DNA of 64,000 bases, from the IMG/VR virus record IMGVR_UViG_3300020172_001601, positions 1 to 64,000 of that record, one strand, 5' to 3'. Shown here piece by piece: positions 18,298 to 27,390 of this stretch. Position 1 is the stretch's first letter. Every line of letters begins with the position of its first letter. A model generated the notes under the pieces. It had not been told where the DNA came from and searched no databases. It was given only the letters and a program-made list of their open reading frames with translations. Made by a program: the position numbers and the translations under genes.

Positions 18298-18573
18298 ATG
18301 CTCAGTCAGAAACAATTGCGAGATGTTTGTTTGGTGTACGACACCACTTTTCAGAAGTGTCGATATTTGTCGCAGGACGAAAACGATTACACCAAGTTTT
18401 ACTGTTTGAAGAAAACGGCCAGAGCCAACGATATTGATGTTGAGTTGGACGACTTCATTCGTGACGCTCGGAAGAAGGGCAAAGACCCACGCAAAGAAAA
18501 TGTTCCCTTGGGAGATAATTGCCAAGGGTATCCATTGTTGCGACATATCGAACAAGGCTACGACAAGCCATAA
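18298..18573 (+). CDS. Hypothetical Cys-containing protein
   Basis: GAGGT RBS; followed by a terminator. Confidence 0.7.
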   Translation: MLSQKQLRDVCLVYDTTFQKCRYLSQDENDYTKFYCLKKTARANDIDVELDDFIRDARKKGKDPRKENVPLGDNCQGYPLLRHIEQGYDKP

Positions 18574-18600
18574 AAAAGGCCCGCATTTCTGCGGGCCTTT
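18572..18600. terminator. Bidirectional intrinsic terminator
   Basis: aaaggcccgca-tttc-tgcgggccttt between convergent genes. Confidence 0.85.
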
Positions 18601-18604
18601 CCAT

Positions 18605-19111
18605 TTACTTTGCCATTGATTTCTGAAGTCGCATCAGCATGTGATATACATGGCCTTCCGACTCTGTATTCATTGCTGCTCGAAGTACATTGTCGTTTAG
18701 CACCGGATCGTTGAAGCGGGCGATTTCTTTCGCCATGATTTCAGCGGTCTTTTCGCTTTTGACCGCACGATCTCGATACCAATAAAGTAGCATCCCGATA
18801 ACGGCCAGAGAGAACACGAGAATCAAAGCCCCGTCTCCCTGGAGAATTTGTACGCCACTGTTCTCGTTTCGAGACAATGAGGCGTTCAAGTTAAGAAGTC
18901 CATTCTGAACTTCCTTTAGTTGACTGTTCTGTATTTCGGCTGATTGCTTTAGCTTGCCAATTTCGGCCATTACGCCGTTTTGGTTATTGCGTATTTCGTC
19001 AATCCTACCGTTGTTGTTGTCGATTGGCGAGTTGTTCCGTGGGTTTAGGTTTGCGCATCCGCTCATTCCGACCGACAGAGCAATCACCAGAATTGTAAGA
19101 ATCCTTCTCAT
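18605..19111 (-). CDS. Lipoprotein with coiled coil and second TM helix (possible spanin-like)
   Basis: MRRILTILVIALSVGMSG|C lipobox, AGGAGG RBS, coiled coil, TM GALILVFSLAVIGMLLYWY. Confidence 0.65.
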   Translation of the reverse strand: MRRILTILVIALSVGMSGCANLNPRNNSPIDNNNGRIDEIRNNQNGVMAEIGKLKQSAEIQNSQLKEVQNGLLNLNASLSRNENSGVQILQGDGALILVFSLAVIGMLLYWYRDRAVKSEKTAEIMAKEIARFNDPVLNDNVLRAAMNTESEGHVYHMLMRLQKSMAK

Positions 19112-19211
19112 GGTGTAAATCCTCCTACAGTATGTATTGACAACCCAAAGTTTTTCTCGTATCTTTCTCACCAACCACCCCTCTACGCCAGACCAAAAAG
19201 GAGGTTGCAAT

Positions 19212-19700
19212 ATGGCGCAACAAAAATGGCAGGATGCAGACCTGGATTACGACGAGATCGAAGTTCAGGGTGGCGATGAATCGCCGGAAGAATATACGCC
19301 AGAGCAAGAACGTGCCATCAAGGTCTTTGCCCAGGATTTCTACAGTGATGTGAAAGCCCTGGCTCGACAATATATGGAGCAGTTCTTTCAGGATAAGATG
19401 CTTCACTGCGGCGGCAAAATTCCCAAATCACTTCTCTTCGCTGAACGCCGGGTTTCGATGGTCTTGAATTACGATATAATCAAGGGCGTCGAGCGAGCAT
19501 ACAAATATCTTGAACCCACATTGCGGATTCAAGATGTCGAATCCGCAAAGCAGACAGGTGAGGCCACAGACGATATTAAGCTCGTCAATGAAACCCTCAG
19601 TTTACTCGCTCGGTCAGGCATCCCACAGCAATTTGCTGGCGGTATGATGTGCTTGTACTTAGAGTTTATTGAGGGCGTCCATATTGGCACAGAACCGTGA
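19212..19700 (+). CDS. Hypothetical protein
   Basis: AAGGAGG RBS before ATG 19212. Confidence 0.75.
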   Translation: MAQQKWQDADLDYDEIEVQGGDESPEEYTPEQERAIKVFAQDFYSDVKALARQYMEQFFQDKMLHCGGKIPKSLLFAERRVSMVLNYDIIKGVERAYKYLEPTLRIQDVESAKQTGEATDDIKLVNETLSLLARSGIPQQFAGGMMCLYLEFIEGVHIGTEP

Positions 19701-19986
19701 TCTCAGTTTCCTAGCTCGACAATGGGAAACTGTTGAACTGCCCAAAGAGAAGAAGTATTTGCTCAGATACTTCAATACGCCGCTTCAAGCGGCCTTCTTA
19801 AAGTACGTCCACATCTTTGGAGATTACTCTAATTTCGTTGACCATACTGGCCTAGCAAGTAGCCCTCGATGGCTCGCAATCCTGTACAATAGATTGCAGA
19901 CATTGCAAACACTACACCGTGAAGCTAGGGCTAATATGGATATGACGGCCCTGGCTCACATTGAATCAGGGAATTACAAATTATGA
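19669..19986 (+). CDS. Hypothetical protein
   Basis: Fills the gap; ATGA-coupled to IDO; start uncertain. Confidence 0.6.
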   Translation: MRASILAQNRDLSFLARQWETVELPKEKKYLLRYFNTPLQAAFLKYVHIFGDYSNFVDHTGLASSPRWLAILYNRLQTLQTLHREARANMDMTALAHIESGNYKL

Positions 19987-21170
19987 GCATGTGGGATATT
20001 ACAGATCGTGGGTTTCTAGGCGTGGCCGATCCACTCGTTTCGCTCACGGCTAAAAACGAAAAGTATATTCCAGCCGCCGTTAGGTTGGAAAATATTGCTT
20101 CTGTTTTGCCGTATTGGATTGAAGAAAGATGTATACGAGAAGAACTCGTACACAACCTGCGTGAGATTGCCCCGTTGATTGATGGTGAGTTTTTACTGAA
20201 TCAAGATGAGGTAAAAACCGAACGGCTGATGCACCTGTATTCCTATATGGCCAGTGCTTATGTCTTCGCTAGACATGAGAATGCCGCCACGAGAATACCG
20301 TCAGAGATCGCTGTTCCACTTACTATGGTCGCTGAAAAGCTAGACCGCAAACCGATCCTTTCTTACGCTTCATATTGTTTAACCAATTGGGAGCGTATAG
20401 ACCCTAATGATGAAATCAAGTTGGGCAATATAAAATTGCTTACAAACTTTTCATCGCCAGAGTCGGGAAAATCAGATGAGGACTGGTTCATTCTGGTTCA
20501 TGTCGATATTGAAAATTGTGCTGCCGATGGTGTTGGTGCCTGTAAACAACTTTTGGAAAATCCCTGGAAGCAAGGCAACGAAGTTCACAATATTGTCACG
20601 GCCAACGATATTCTTACCAAGATTTTCGTCAGCTTGGCGAAGATGAATAAGACAATGGCAAAGATGCCAGATGAATGCAGTCCAGACAATTACTTCCGAT
20701 GGGTGAGGCCGTATATCTTCTCGTTCAATAACATGGTCTATAAAGGCTGTTTCCAAGATCAGCCAATTACCTGTCGAGGGGAAACCGGGGCGCAAAGTAG
20801 CATCATTCCTGCTTTTTTGGCGGCTCTCGAAATCAACCATCAGGATTCCATGCTGACGCATCACCTTATGGAGATGCGTGATTACATGCCAGCCCCTCAC
20901 CGACGATTTCTTTCAAATCTTGTGATCCAGACAGCGAATAATTCCGTTGTGGGGGTAGGTCTGCGAGATTTTGCTCGGCGTGACCCGGTGTTGAAGGACA
21001 TCTACAACGAGTGCGTCAATGAGATTATTGCCTTCCGAAACAAGCATTTCGAGTACGCAGTCAACTATATCTCCAAGAAGGTTGAAAATCCTTCCGGGAC
21101 GGGCGGTACGCCCTATGTCCCGTGGCTGAAACAACTTAGAGAAGAAACCGAGTCACACCTGATCCCGTAA
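19983..21170 (+). CDS. Indoleamine 2,3-dioxygenase family heme enzyme
   Basis: P.LSYASYCL.NW, DEDWFILVH, VRPYI, RGETGAQSS, MRDYMP..HRRFL, FRNKH (heme His), GTGGT. Confidence 0.92.
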   Translation: MSMWDITDRGFLGVADPLVSLTAKNEKYIPAAVRLENIASVLPYWIEERCIREELVHNLREIAPLIDGEFLLNQDEVKTERLMHLYSYMASAYVFARHENAATRIPSEIAVPLTMVAEKLDRKPILSYASYCLTNWERIDPNDEIKLGNIKLLTNFSSPESGKSDEDWFILVHVDIENCAADGVGACKQLLENPWKQGNEVHNIVTANDILTKIFVSLAKMNKTMAKMPDECSPDNYFRWVRPYIFSFNNMVYKGCFQDQPITCRGETGAQSSIIPAFLAALEINHQDSMLTHHLMEMRDYMPAPHRRFLSNLVIQTANNSVVGVGLRDFARRDPVLKDIYNECVNEIIAFRNKHFEYAVNYISKKVENPSGTGGTPYVPWLKQLREETESHLIP

Positions 21171-21176
21171 GTTTGC

Positions 21177-21205
21177 TTTACAGCACGGCAAAATCAGGGT
21201 AGAAT
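21177..21205 (+). promoter_or_regulatory. Early-type promoter TTTACA-N17-TAGAAT
   Basis: Same architecture at 56676, 58383, 61181 and 62338. Confidence 0.7.
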
Positions 21206-21246
21206 TGCGGCGTTGACACACAGAAAATTAGACGGGAAGCACAAAT

Positions 21247-22455
21247 ATGCTCAAGCGCTTAATGAGTCTCTTTTTGATGGCGAGTATGATTCTCGCAACC
21301 ATGCCAGAGGAGGCTTTTGCTGGGAAAGGAAGGTCTTATTCTTCCGGCAGAAGCTCGTCGTCGAGTCGGTCTTCGTCCTCGTCCTCGTCAAGTAGTCGTC
21401 CTTCCGGCAAGTCGTACTCTTCTGGTTCGTCCAATAAGGGTTCGTCGTTTGCTACGAAACCGAGTTCGCCGCCCAGCAAGCCATACTCGCCGCCCCAGGC
21501 ATCGAGTCCTAGTGGCAAGAAGTATTCTTCAGGGAGCAGCGCACCACCGGCTGCAAAGTCCAGTCCCCCAGCGGGCAAAAAATATTCATCTGGAAATTCG
21601 TCGCCGCCTGTAAAGTCGAGTCCACCGCCAGTTGCATCTGGTACGGATGGCAAGAAGTATTCATCAGGTTCACCGGGATCGCCACCACCATACACACCGG
21701 GAAAGCAATACACAGCCGGAAGTCCACCGCCATCAACTGGACCGCCAGTTGCCAATAAGTCTGCTGACGGCAATAGTCGTAAGCCAAGTGGTAGTGGGTT
21801 CGGCAATGCAATGAGCAGTGACGCCAAGCGTGTTGAAAGTCAGAAGCGATACGAGGCAGCAACCACTCCGAAGTCAACATATACGTCAAAGGGTGCTGAT
21901 GGCAAAGTCGTTCAGCAAACAATCAAGCCAGATTCTCCCCAGGTTCAAACTGTTCGTCGGAGTGTCACTCATGAACGATATGTGACCTACGACAATCGTG
22001 CCAGTGTGTTTTATGGTGGATACAGCCCGATGTATTATCATGACCCATTCAGCCCATTTTTGATGGGATGGATTATGTCTGATGCCATCAATAGCCATCA
22101 ACGGGCAATGTGGATGTATCATCATCAGCCAGTGTCGGCGGGTGGCACGATTGACGACGCTCGGTATGCTGAAATGCTCAAAAAGGATGCAAAACTACAA
22201 GCTGAGATTGACCAATTGAAGGCGCAGAATATTACTCGTGATCCGAGTTATGTGCCGCCTGAAATGGCCGACAATCCTGACTTGATGTTCAATAAAGATT
22301 TCGTGGATGCTTCTTACAATCCTGTAGAAGTAGAAGCGAATACTCCATCGGGGAGTAGCGGAGCAGGGGCATTCTTCTTCTGGATGTTCATCGTCTTCGT
22401 GGTGGTTGTTGTTGGTGGCTTGGCCGTCTACTTCCTGTTCATGAAGGAATACTAA
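21247..22455 (+). CDS. Secreted Ser/Pro/Gly-rich membrane-anchored protein
   Basis: Signal peptide ending AFA, repeated G(K/R)xYSSG motif, C-terminal TM. Confidence 0.75.
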   Translation: MLKRLMSLFLMASMILATMPEEAFAGKGRSYSSGRSSSSSRSSSSSSSSSRPSGKSYSSGSSNKGSSFATKPSSPPSKPYSPPQASSPSGKKYSSGSSAPPAAKSSPPAGKKYSSGNSSPPVKSSPPPVASGTDGKKYSSGSPGSPPPYTPGKQYTAGSPPPSTGPPVANKSADGNSRKPSGSGFGNAMSSDAKRVESQKRYEAATTPKSTYTSKGADGKVVQQTIKPDSPQVQTVRRSVTHERYVTYDNRASVFYGGYSPMYYHDPFSPFLMGWIMSDAINSHQRAMWMYHHQPVSAGGTIDDARYAEMLKKDAKLQAEIDQLKAQNITRDPSYVPPEMADNPDLMFNKDFVDASYNPVEVEANTPSGSSGAGAFFFWMFIVFVVVVVGGLAVYFLFMKEY

Positions 22456-22458
22456 GCG

Positions 22459-23163
22459 ATGAAATTGTACGAGCTTCTGTTGAGAAAGATCGGCTTGTGG
22501 AGTGATTCCTCTCAGCCAGCCGAGGTCGATAAGGCCCAAGAGGATTTGATTTATAATCCCATCGGTTGTAAAATCGGTGGGGTGGTCAAGATCGACTCTT
22601 TGGACTTTCGAGATCATCGGTTTACGGTGAGGGAGATTCGAGAATACTCTCTGTCTCTCGGCGGGAACAAACACCGTATGGTCGATTATGTCCTGTTGGC
22701 CCGTCCCATCGGGAAGCCCGACTTCACTTGTCGGCTCCGTATTGTGCCGAACCCGGACAGCAAGAGCAAAACGACGCATCGAGCGTTGCTTATGTCGCTG
22801 TACGACGATCTGGCGTACAATGAGGGCCTTCATGAAGTCGTGAAAGATGACACGAAGAAGTTCGTGATTGATGATGACACCGATCCGAACAACATCATTC
22901 ATGATGAGTTTTGGCGGGTGAATGATGTAGGAACTTCCTACGTCAGCAACATCAAAATCCTTGCTGATTCCGATGGGAGTGGCAAGGTGGACGAGAGTGA
23001 AGTCTCCAGAGGTTCAGTCGAGTTTTGGGATTACTCCCGAAACACCGACATGGACGGCGTTGAAGTCGAAGAGTTCGTCTTCGTGGAGATGGACAAGAAA
23101 GATGGTTGGTTCAAAGTCTGGCGTGGGTCTGAGGTCAACCCGGAACGCATCGACGTGTTCTAA
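22459..23163 (+). CDS. DUF4178/DUF2491 (YjfK-like) protein
   Basis: NPIGCKIGGVVKID, EFWDYSR, FVEM...WFKVWRG.EV layout; directly upstream of pspA. Confidence 0.55.
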   Translation: MKLYELLLRKIGLWSDSSQPAEVDKAQEDLIYNPIGCKIGGVVKIDSLDFRDHRFTVREIREYSLSLGGNKHRMVDYVLLARPIGKPDFTCRLRIVPNPDSKSKTTHRALLMSLYDDLAYNEGLHEVVKDDTKKFVIDDDTDPNNIIHDEFWRVNDVGTSYVSNIKILADSDGSGKVDESEVSRGSVEFWDYSRNTDMDGVEVEEFVFVEMDKKDGWFKVWRGSEVNPERIDVF

Positions 23164-23222
23164 AGTTGCCCCGGCGTCGGGTGTCAACGTGATTCAAACT
23201 TCTCACAAAGGGGATTCTGGTT

Positions 23223-24014
23223 ATGAGTATTTTCTCTGCAATCGTGTTGGGTGGTGTGGTTCTTTTGGTGCTGGCAGCAGTCAGCCCTCCGGCTCGTCGG
23301 TTCTTCAAGGCCCTTGGCCTTTGGGGTGGGGCGCAGGCCGATAAGAGTGCTGAAGCGGTGTTGAATGCTGACCCGCTGGGAGTTCTCAAGACGCAGATTG
23401 CCAATGCTGCCGAGAACGGCAAGCAGGCCAATTCTGTGGTCGAGGCTGCTGCCAAGCAGTTGATTTCTTTGGAAAATCAGATTGCTGATGGACTGAAGGA
23501 GCAACAGCGACTTACCAATCGCATCGAGTCGGTTTTGGCAAAGGGCGATCCGAACAAGAACGCTCCGAAGTATGCCGCTGATCTTGCTCGTGTCGAAGAA
23601 AACCTGGGGATCAACCAGGAACAGAAAGAGCTTGCTCAACAGCAGTACGACGACAACCTCAAGTTGGTCGAACGCTTCGAGCGGGAGATTCAAGAGGCCC
23701 GTAAGGACGCCGCTGATCTCGGTCTGCAACTTCAGCAGTCTGAAGCTGAGAAGAACCTGCACCAAATGTCGGCTTCTCTCAAGGACAAGTTGAATGTGGG
23801 CGACTTGGCTGCTGCTCGTCAGCGTGTCAAGGACCAGATCAACTCCAACAAGGGTTCTGCCAAGGCTGCTCGTGACCTGAACCGGGTCGGTCTGGCCGAA
23901 GAGGAAGACGAAGAGTTGGAACGCAGTGTCGCCGCCGATGCTGTTCTGGCTCGCTTTAAGAAAGCCGATGGTGCTGATGCCGGTGGCTCCGGCTCCACCT
24001 TTTCTGGTAGCTAA
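23223..24014 (+). CDS. PspA/IM30 (ESCRT-III-like) protein with N-terminal membrane anchor
   Basis: ADPLGVLKTQI, long helical heptads, C-terminal A.ADAVLARFK typical of the PspA helix 5. Confidence 0.75.
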   Translation: MSIFSAIVLGGVVLLVLAAVSPPARRFFKALGLWGGAQADKSAEAVLNADPLGVLKTQIANAAENGKQANSVVEAAAKQLISLENQIADGLKEQQRLTNRIESVLAKGDPNKNAPKYAADLARVEENLGINQEQKELAQQQYDDNLKLVERFEREIQEARKDAADLGLQLQQSEAEKNLHQMSASLKDKLNVGDLAAARQRVKDQINSNKGSAKAARDLNRVGLAEEEDEELERSVAADAVLARFKKADGADAGGSGSTFSGS

Positions 24015-24082
24015 GGCCAGCTACCCGAACTTGGAAGTCGGAATTGATTATCCAAGTATTGTGAAGCCTAAGAAGTAACTTG

Positions 24083-24113
24083 ACCCCGCTGTGGAAACAC
24101 AGCGGGGTTTTTT
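24083..24113 (+). terminator. Intrinsic terminator
   Basis: accccgctgtg-gaaa-cacagcggggt followed by a U tract. Confidence 0.9.
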
Positions 24114-24126
24114 CGTTTATGGCACT

Positions 24127-24133
24127 CTAAATA
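24127..24133 (+). promoter_or_regulatory. Late-type promoter motif CTAAATA
   Basis: T4-late-like; 7 nt before ATG 24141. Confidence 0.6.
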
Positions 24134-24140
24134 TCAAGTA

Positions 24141-25169
24141 ATGAGCAACTTCAATAAATATCTCAGTTCCCGACGAGTCGATGTAGACGTAGACCGTATT
24201 GCTAGGCTTATGGTTCAAAAGAACGTCGATCCCAATTGGTATATTCGTCGCTACTTAGAAGCGATGGAATCTGATGATGGTTTGATCCTTGAAGGTTGGC
24301 TGGGGAGTTTCTTCAAACGTATTGGCAATGCGTGGAGTGGGTTTTGGAAAGACCCTAATCCTCAAGATTCGCCATCGACCCGTTTAGAGGCCGCAAAGAA
24401 GGCCCTGCAAGACCTTGTACAGATGGTACAACAGAACCAAGGCGCTGAATCAAACGTCTTAGGCGTCGTCCTACGAGGTCTGGAGCAGTCTTTGGGCATC
24501 ATTGATAAGATTGAGCCGCCTCTCAAGACAGCCGAACCACGAATCAAGCAATTTCAAGCGGCCCAGGCAGGTGGACAAGCTGGCACCGTCATGTTCCAGG
24601 GCGATCCCAACAATCGACTGCCGGATGACCTTCATCAGAAGTTTGAAGACATCATGCACCGTCGCAATATGCTGATTCAGCAGCCCGATAGTGAAGCCAA
24701 GGCGACCAATCTGGTCAAGAATGATGATGAGCTATTGCAGTTCAGGCAGCAACTTGAGGATCAATATCAGCAAATGGCCCCCAAGACGCCGCAGGATCAG
24801 CAAAATAAAGAACGTATTAAAACATTTCTAACCCGGATAGATACCGATGCAACCTTCCGAGAGATCGAGAGTTTACTTGATTTTGCTCGAAAGCGGACTC
24901 AAGGCAACAATTTGATGGTGTCTCGTCCGCAAGGTTACGAACAGGCAGTATTGGCTTTTAGGAACATAGCGGCCACAACAACGGACCCTAAACAACAAAA
25001 AGATCAGTTGTTGCATTGGTATCAGTCGTTGCCTGCCAATAATCCAGTAAAGCAATTCGTTATGAACGACGTTCGGGAACATCCTGAGTTGGGCAACGAG
25101 TTGGAATTGTTTTGGAAATACTCCCAAGAATGGATAAATAAACTACCACATTTTTTGGCTTCGAGGTAA
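24141..25169 (+). CDS. Hypothetical Gln-rich protein, candidate internal head/ejection protein
   Basis: MSNFNKYL N-terminus; LILE-GWLGSFFKR resembles a prohead-protease site followed by an amphipathic helix. Confidence 0.65.
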   Translation: MSNFNKYLSSRRVDVDVDRIARLMVQKNVDPNWYIRRYLEAMESDDGLILEGWLGSFFKRIGNAWSGFWKDPNPQDSPSTRLEAAKKALQDLVQMVQQNQGAESNVLGVVLRGLEQSLGIIDKIEPPLKTAEPRIKQFQAAQAGGQAGTVMFQGDPNNRLPDDLHQKFEDIMHRRNMLIQQPDSEAKATNLVKNDDELLQFRQQLEDQYQQMAPKTPQDQQNKERIKTFLTRIDTDATFREIESLLDFARKRTQGNNLMVSRPQGYEQAVLAFRNIAATTTDPKQQKDQLLHWYQSLPANNPVKQFVMNDVREHPELGNELELFWKYSQEWINKLPHFLASR

Positions 25170-25172
25170 AGA

Positions 25173-26207
25173 ATGAAAGATTTTCAGCAAGTATTGAGGA
25201 TGTTGATGGAAGGCGACGAAAGCGTGCCTGATAAGGCTGCGCCGCCCCCAACTTCATTTTCGGGTGGGGTAGAAGATGCTACCAATGCCGCCGAAGCATT
25301 TTCTGCGTTTGCGAATGAACACAAGCAGATATATGGTCAATTCAAGGGTGTGATCGGCACTGCCGAGAAGCAACTCGACGCCTTGCAGCAGCACTCTGTA
25401 TCGTTCAATCGTTCTATGGGTAGTCGTCCCGATCCAAGTACGTTCGCAGCCCAGGCTCCACGTCCTAAGTTTGATCGTAGTCGTGTTGCCGCTTTGCAGT
25501 CTGATCTATCTGGCATGAAGCCACCAGTTACTCCTGGGGCCGTGCCAGAACACACCAGCATCCTCGAAGCTGATGGTGCGGATATGATGAAGACTAGCGA
25601 ATTCATTAAGGGTGCAAAAGAAGCCCTGACTGGTGCATTAGCACAATACGAAGCCCACTTAACTGATCTCATCAAGAGAACAAAGGGCAAGATGCAAGAG
25701 TTCGCAGGTCAAGTTACAGGCATGGCAGCGAATCAAGAGTCACTACAGAAGAAGGTCGAAGAACTTCAGGCCAACTTCGAGCAGGCCAGTGGTCAGGTTG
25801 GAAACCTTGTACAGCGTGTTTCGTCTCTCGAACAACATGGCCGTGCAGAAGATCAAGGCGAAATCAAGAAGCTCAGTGGCGAATTGCAGAACCTTGGTGC
25901 TGCTCTCCAACAGAAGCAAGCCGAAGCAGAAGAATTGGCCAAATCTTTGGGCGACGTTTCTACTCGTGCCAGCGATGCAATGCAGGATATGATGTCCAAG
26001 ATTGAAGAACTGGAACAATACAGTGATGAACTATATCAGCAATACGAGAAGCTGCACGCTGCATATTCCAGCTTGCACAAGCGAGCCAAGGAACAGCAGA
26101 TGATCTCTGCTCCTGAACACGTTAAAAACTATGGCAAGTTCGATTTGATCGAACACCTGTCACGAGCCAAGGCAAAAGACTTCAAAAAGAATTCAGCCGA
26201 TTGGTAA
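25173..26207 (+). CDS. Long coiled-coil protein, candidate internal head protein
   Basis: Heptad repeats over about 170 aa; MKDFQQVLRMLME N-terminus. Confidence 0.7.
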   Translation: MKDFQQVLRMLMEGDESVPDKAAPPPTSFSGGVEDATNAAEAFSAFANEHKQIYGQFKGVIGTAEKQLDALQQHSVSFNRSMGSRPDPSTFAAQAPRPKFDRSRVAALQSDLSGMKPPVTPGAVPEHTSILEADGADMMKTSEFIKGAKEALTGALAQYEAHLTDLIKRTKGKMQEFAGQVTGMAANQESLQKKVEELQANFEQASGQVGNLVQRVSSLEQHGRAEDQGEIKKLSGELQNLGAALQQKQAEAEELAKSLGDVSTRASDAMQDMMSKIEELEQYSDELYQQYEKLHAAYSSLHKRAKEQQMISAPEHVKNYGKFDLIEHLSRAKAKDFKKNSADW

Positions 26208-26226
26208 TGAATTAAGTGGTTTACAG

Positions 26227-26255
26227 AAAAGGACGGCGAGAGCCGTCCTTTTTTT
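26227..26255 (+). terminator. Intrinsic terminator
   Basis: aaaaggacggc-gaga-gccgtcc followed by T7. Confidence 0.9.
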
Positions 26256-26266
26256 GTTTGTATGGT

Positions 26267-26273
26267 CTAAATA
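26267..26273 (+). promoter_or_regulatory. Late-type promoter CTAAATA, 5 nt before ATG (leaderless)
   Basis: CTAAATA-gctgt-ATG. Confidence 0.65.
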
Positions 26274-26278
26274 GCTGT

Positions 26279-26500
26279 ATGGCACTATTAAGTTTCAAAG
26301 ATTGGCGATCTTCGTTGGGCGAAGCAAGCTCCTCAACCAGACAAAGAGCGGGATGGGCGTTAGGTCTATATCCTCCAAATGCTGGAGTTATGTCACGATC
26401 AACGCCTTCTCCGTTTATTGTGGATAAAGCACAACAGGAATTCGGTACGCCGGAACATCCTAAGAAGAAGCGTAAAAAGAAAAAGAAAAAGGAAGACTAA
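26279..26500 (+). CDS. Small basic protein
   Basis: MALLSFKDW...LGE; poly-Lys tail; start re-called to 26279. Confidence 0.65.
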   Translation: MALLSFKDWRSSLGEASSSTRQRAGWALGLYPPNAGVMSRSTPSPFIVDKAQQEFGTPEHPKKKRKKKKKKED

Positions 26501-27069
26501 TGAATTTTTCCGAGTGGCTGATAGATGAAGCACGGCGGGGACATAAGCCCCATCCAGATCAACGCACGTTGTTTGATCGTGGGGATTTCGTGCCTAAGAA
26601 AGCACCAGCCAAAAAGAAGATTTCATCTGTCGCACATACAGATATTGATCGCTGGCTCAAGTCAGTAGACGGTCTTGCGAAAGACCTGAGTGCTTTGAAA
26701 GACGCAGAAGTGAAGGCAAAAGGAAAAATGAATCAGATTGGCAAGCCTAAGTCTGACAAGCCCGATGACGACAAGTCTATTGAAAAAGAGAAGGACAATG
26801 AAAAGCCAGGACTTGAGCGAAAGGCTACTGAACGGCCCCGGCCTGAAGCCGATAGAAAAGTTTTGTCGCTCCGATCTAAGCCTGACGCAAAACCAGAAAG
26901 AGAACCAGAATCAAAACCAAAATCAAAACCAGAGCGCCAATTTAGAATGCGGCGACCCGATGCGGAGGATAGCACCGATGTCAAACGAGTCATTGAAGAC
27001 CAACCAACCCCAAGAAAGTCCAAGCCCAAAGCCGTTAAAAACGTCGATGTGGAAGAGGATATGGAATAA
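26500..27069 (+). CDS. Highly charged low-complexity protein (MNFSEWLIDE start)
   Basis: TAATG-coupled; K/E/P-rich. Confidence 0.7.
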   Translation: MNFSEWLIDEARRGHKPHPDQRTLFDRGDFVPKKAPAKKKISSVAHTDIDRWLKSVDGLAKDLSALKDAEVKAKGKMNQIGKPKSDKPDDDKSIEKEKDNEKPGLERKATERPRPEADRKVLSLRSKPDAKPEREPESKPKSKPERQFRMRRPDAEDSTDVKRVIEDQPTPRKSKPKAVKNVDVEEDME

Positions 27070-27373
27070 TTTCTGCGTTGCCACATTTTCTTTTTGTTGG
27101 ATATTTATTGGCGGGGTTGGGGCGATAGACACTGGATTGACAGTTCATTTACGGGACGGTCTTGAAGAAAACGAAAGAAACCCAATTGCCCGAATGATCT
27201 TGGCAAGCGATGGCTGGGAAGTCTCACGTTTCATTGGATTGAAGATGTTTGGCACTATATTGGTGTTGGGCATCGTCATTTGTCTTTTCAAGCGAGATGC
27301 CAAGCATGGCTTGATTGTTATTGGCTCTTTAGCTGTATTTCAGGCTTTCTTGCTGCTTTACCTGTCATTATAA
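27047..27373 (+). CDS. DUF5658-like membrane protein
   Basis: D..LT...E.NP motif (AIDTGLT...ERNPIAR) and several TM helices; start re-called to ATG 27047. Confidence 0.7.
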   Translation: MWKRIWNNFCVATFSFCWIFIGGVGAIDTGLTVHLRDGLEENERNPIARMILASDGWEVSRFIGLKMFGTILVLGIVICLFKRDAKHGLIVIGSLAVFQAFLLLYLSL

Positions 27374-27390
27374 TTTACAGGAGGGAGAAT

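Noticed and set aside
22195-23765. Long antisense ORFs (22195..22902, 23184..23765; similarly 6550..7224, 60418..60939)
   Set aside because: They lie opposite well-supported genes, lack RBS and motifs, and are explained by codon bias.
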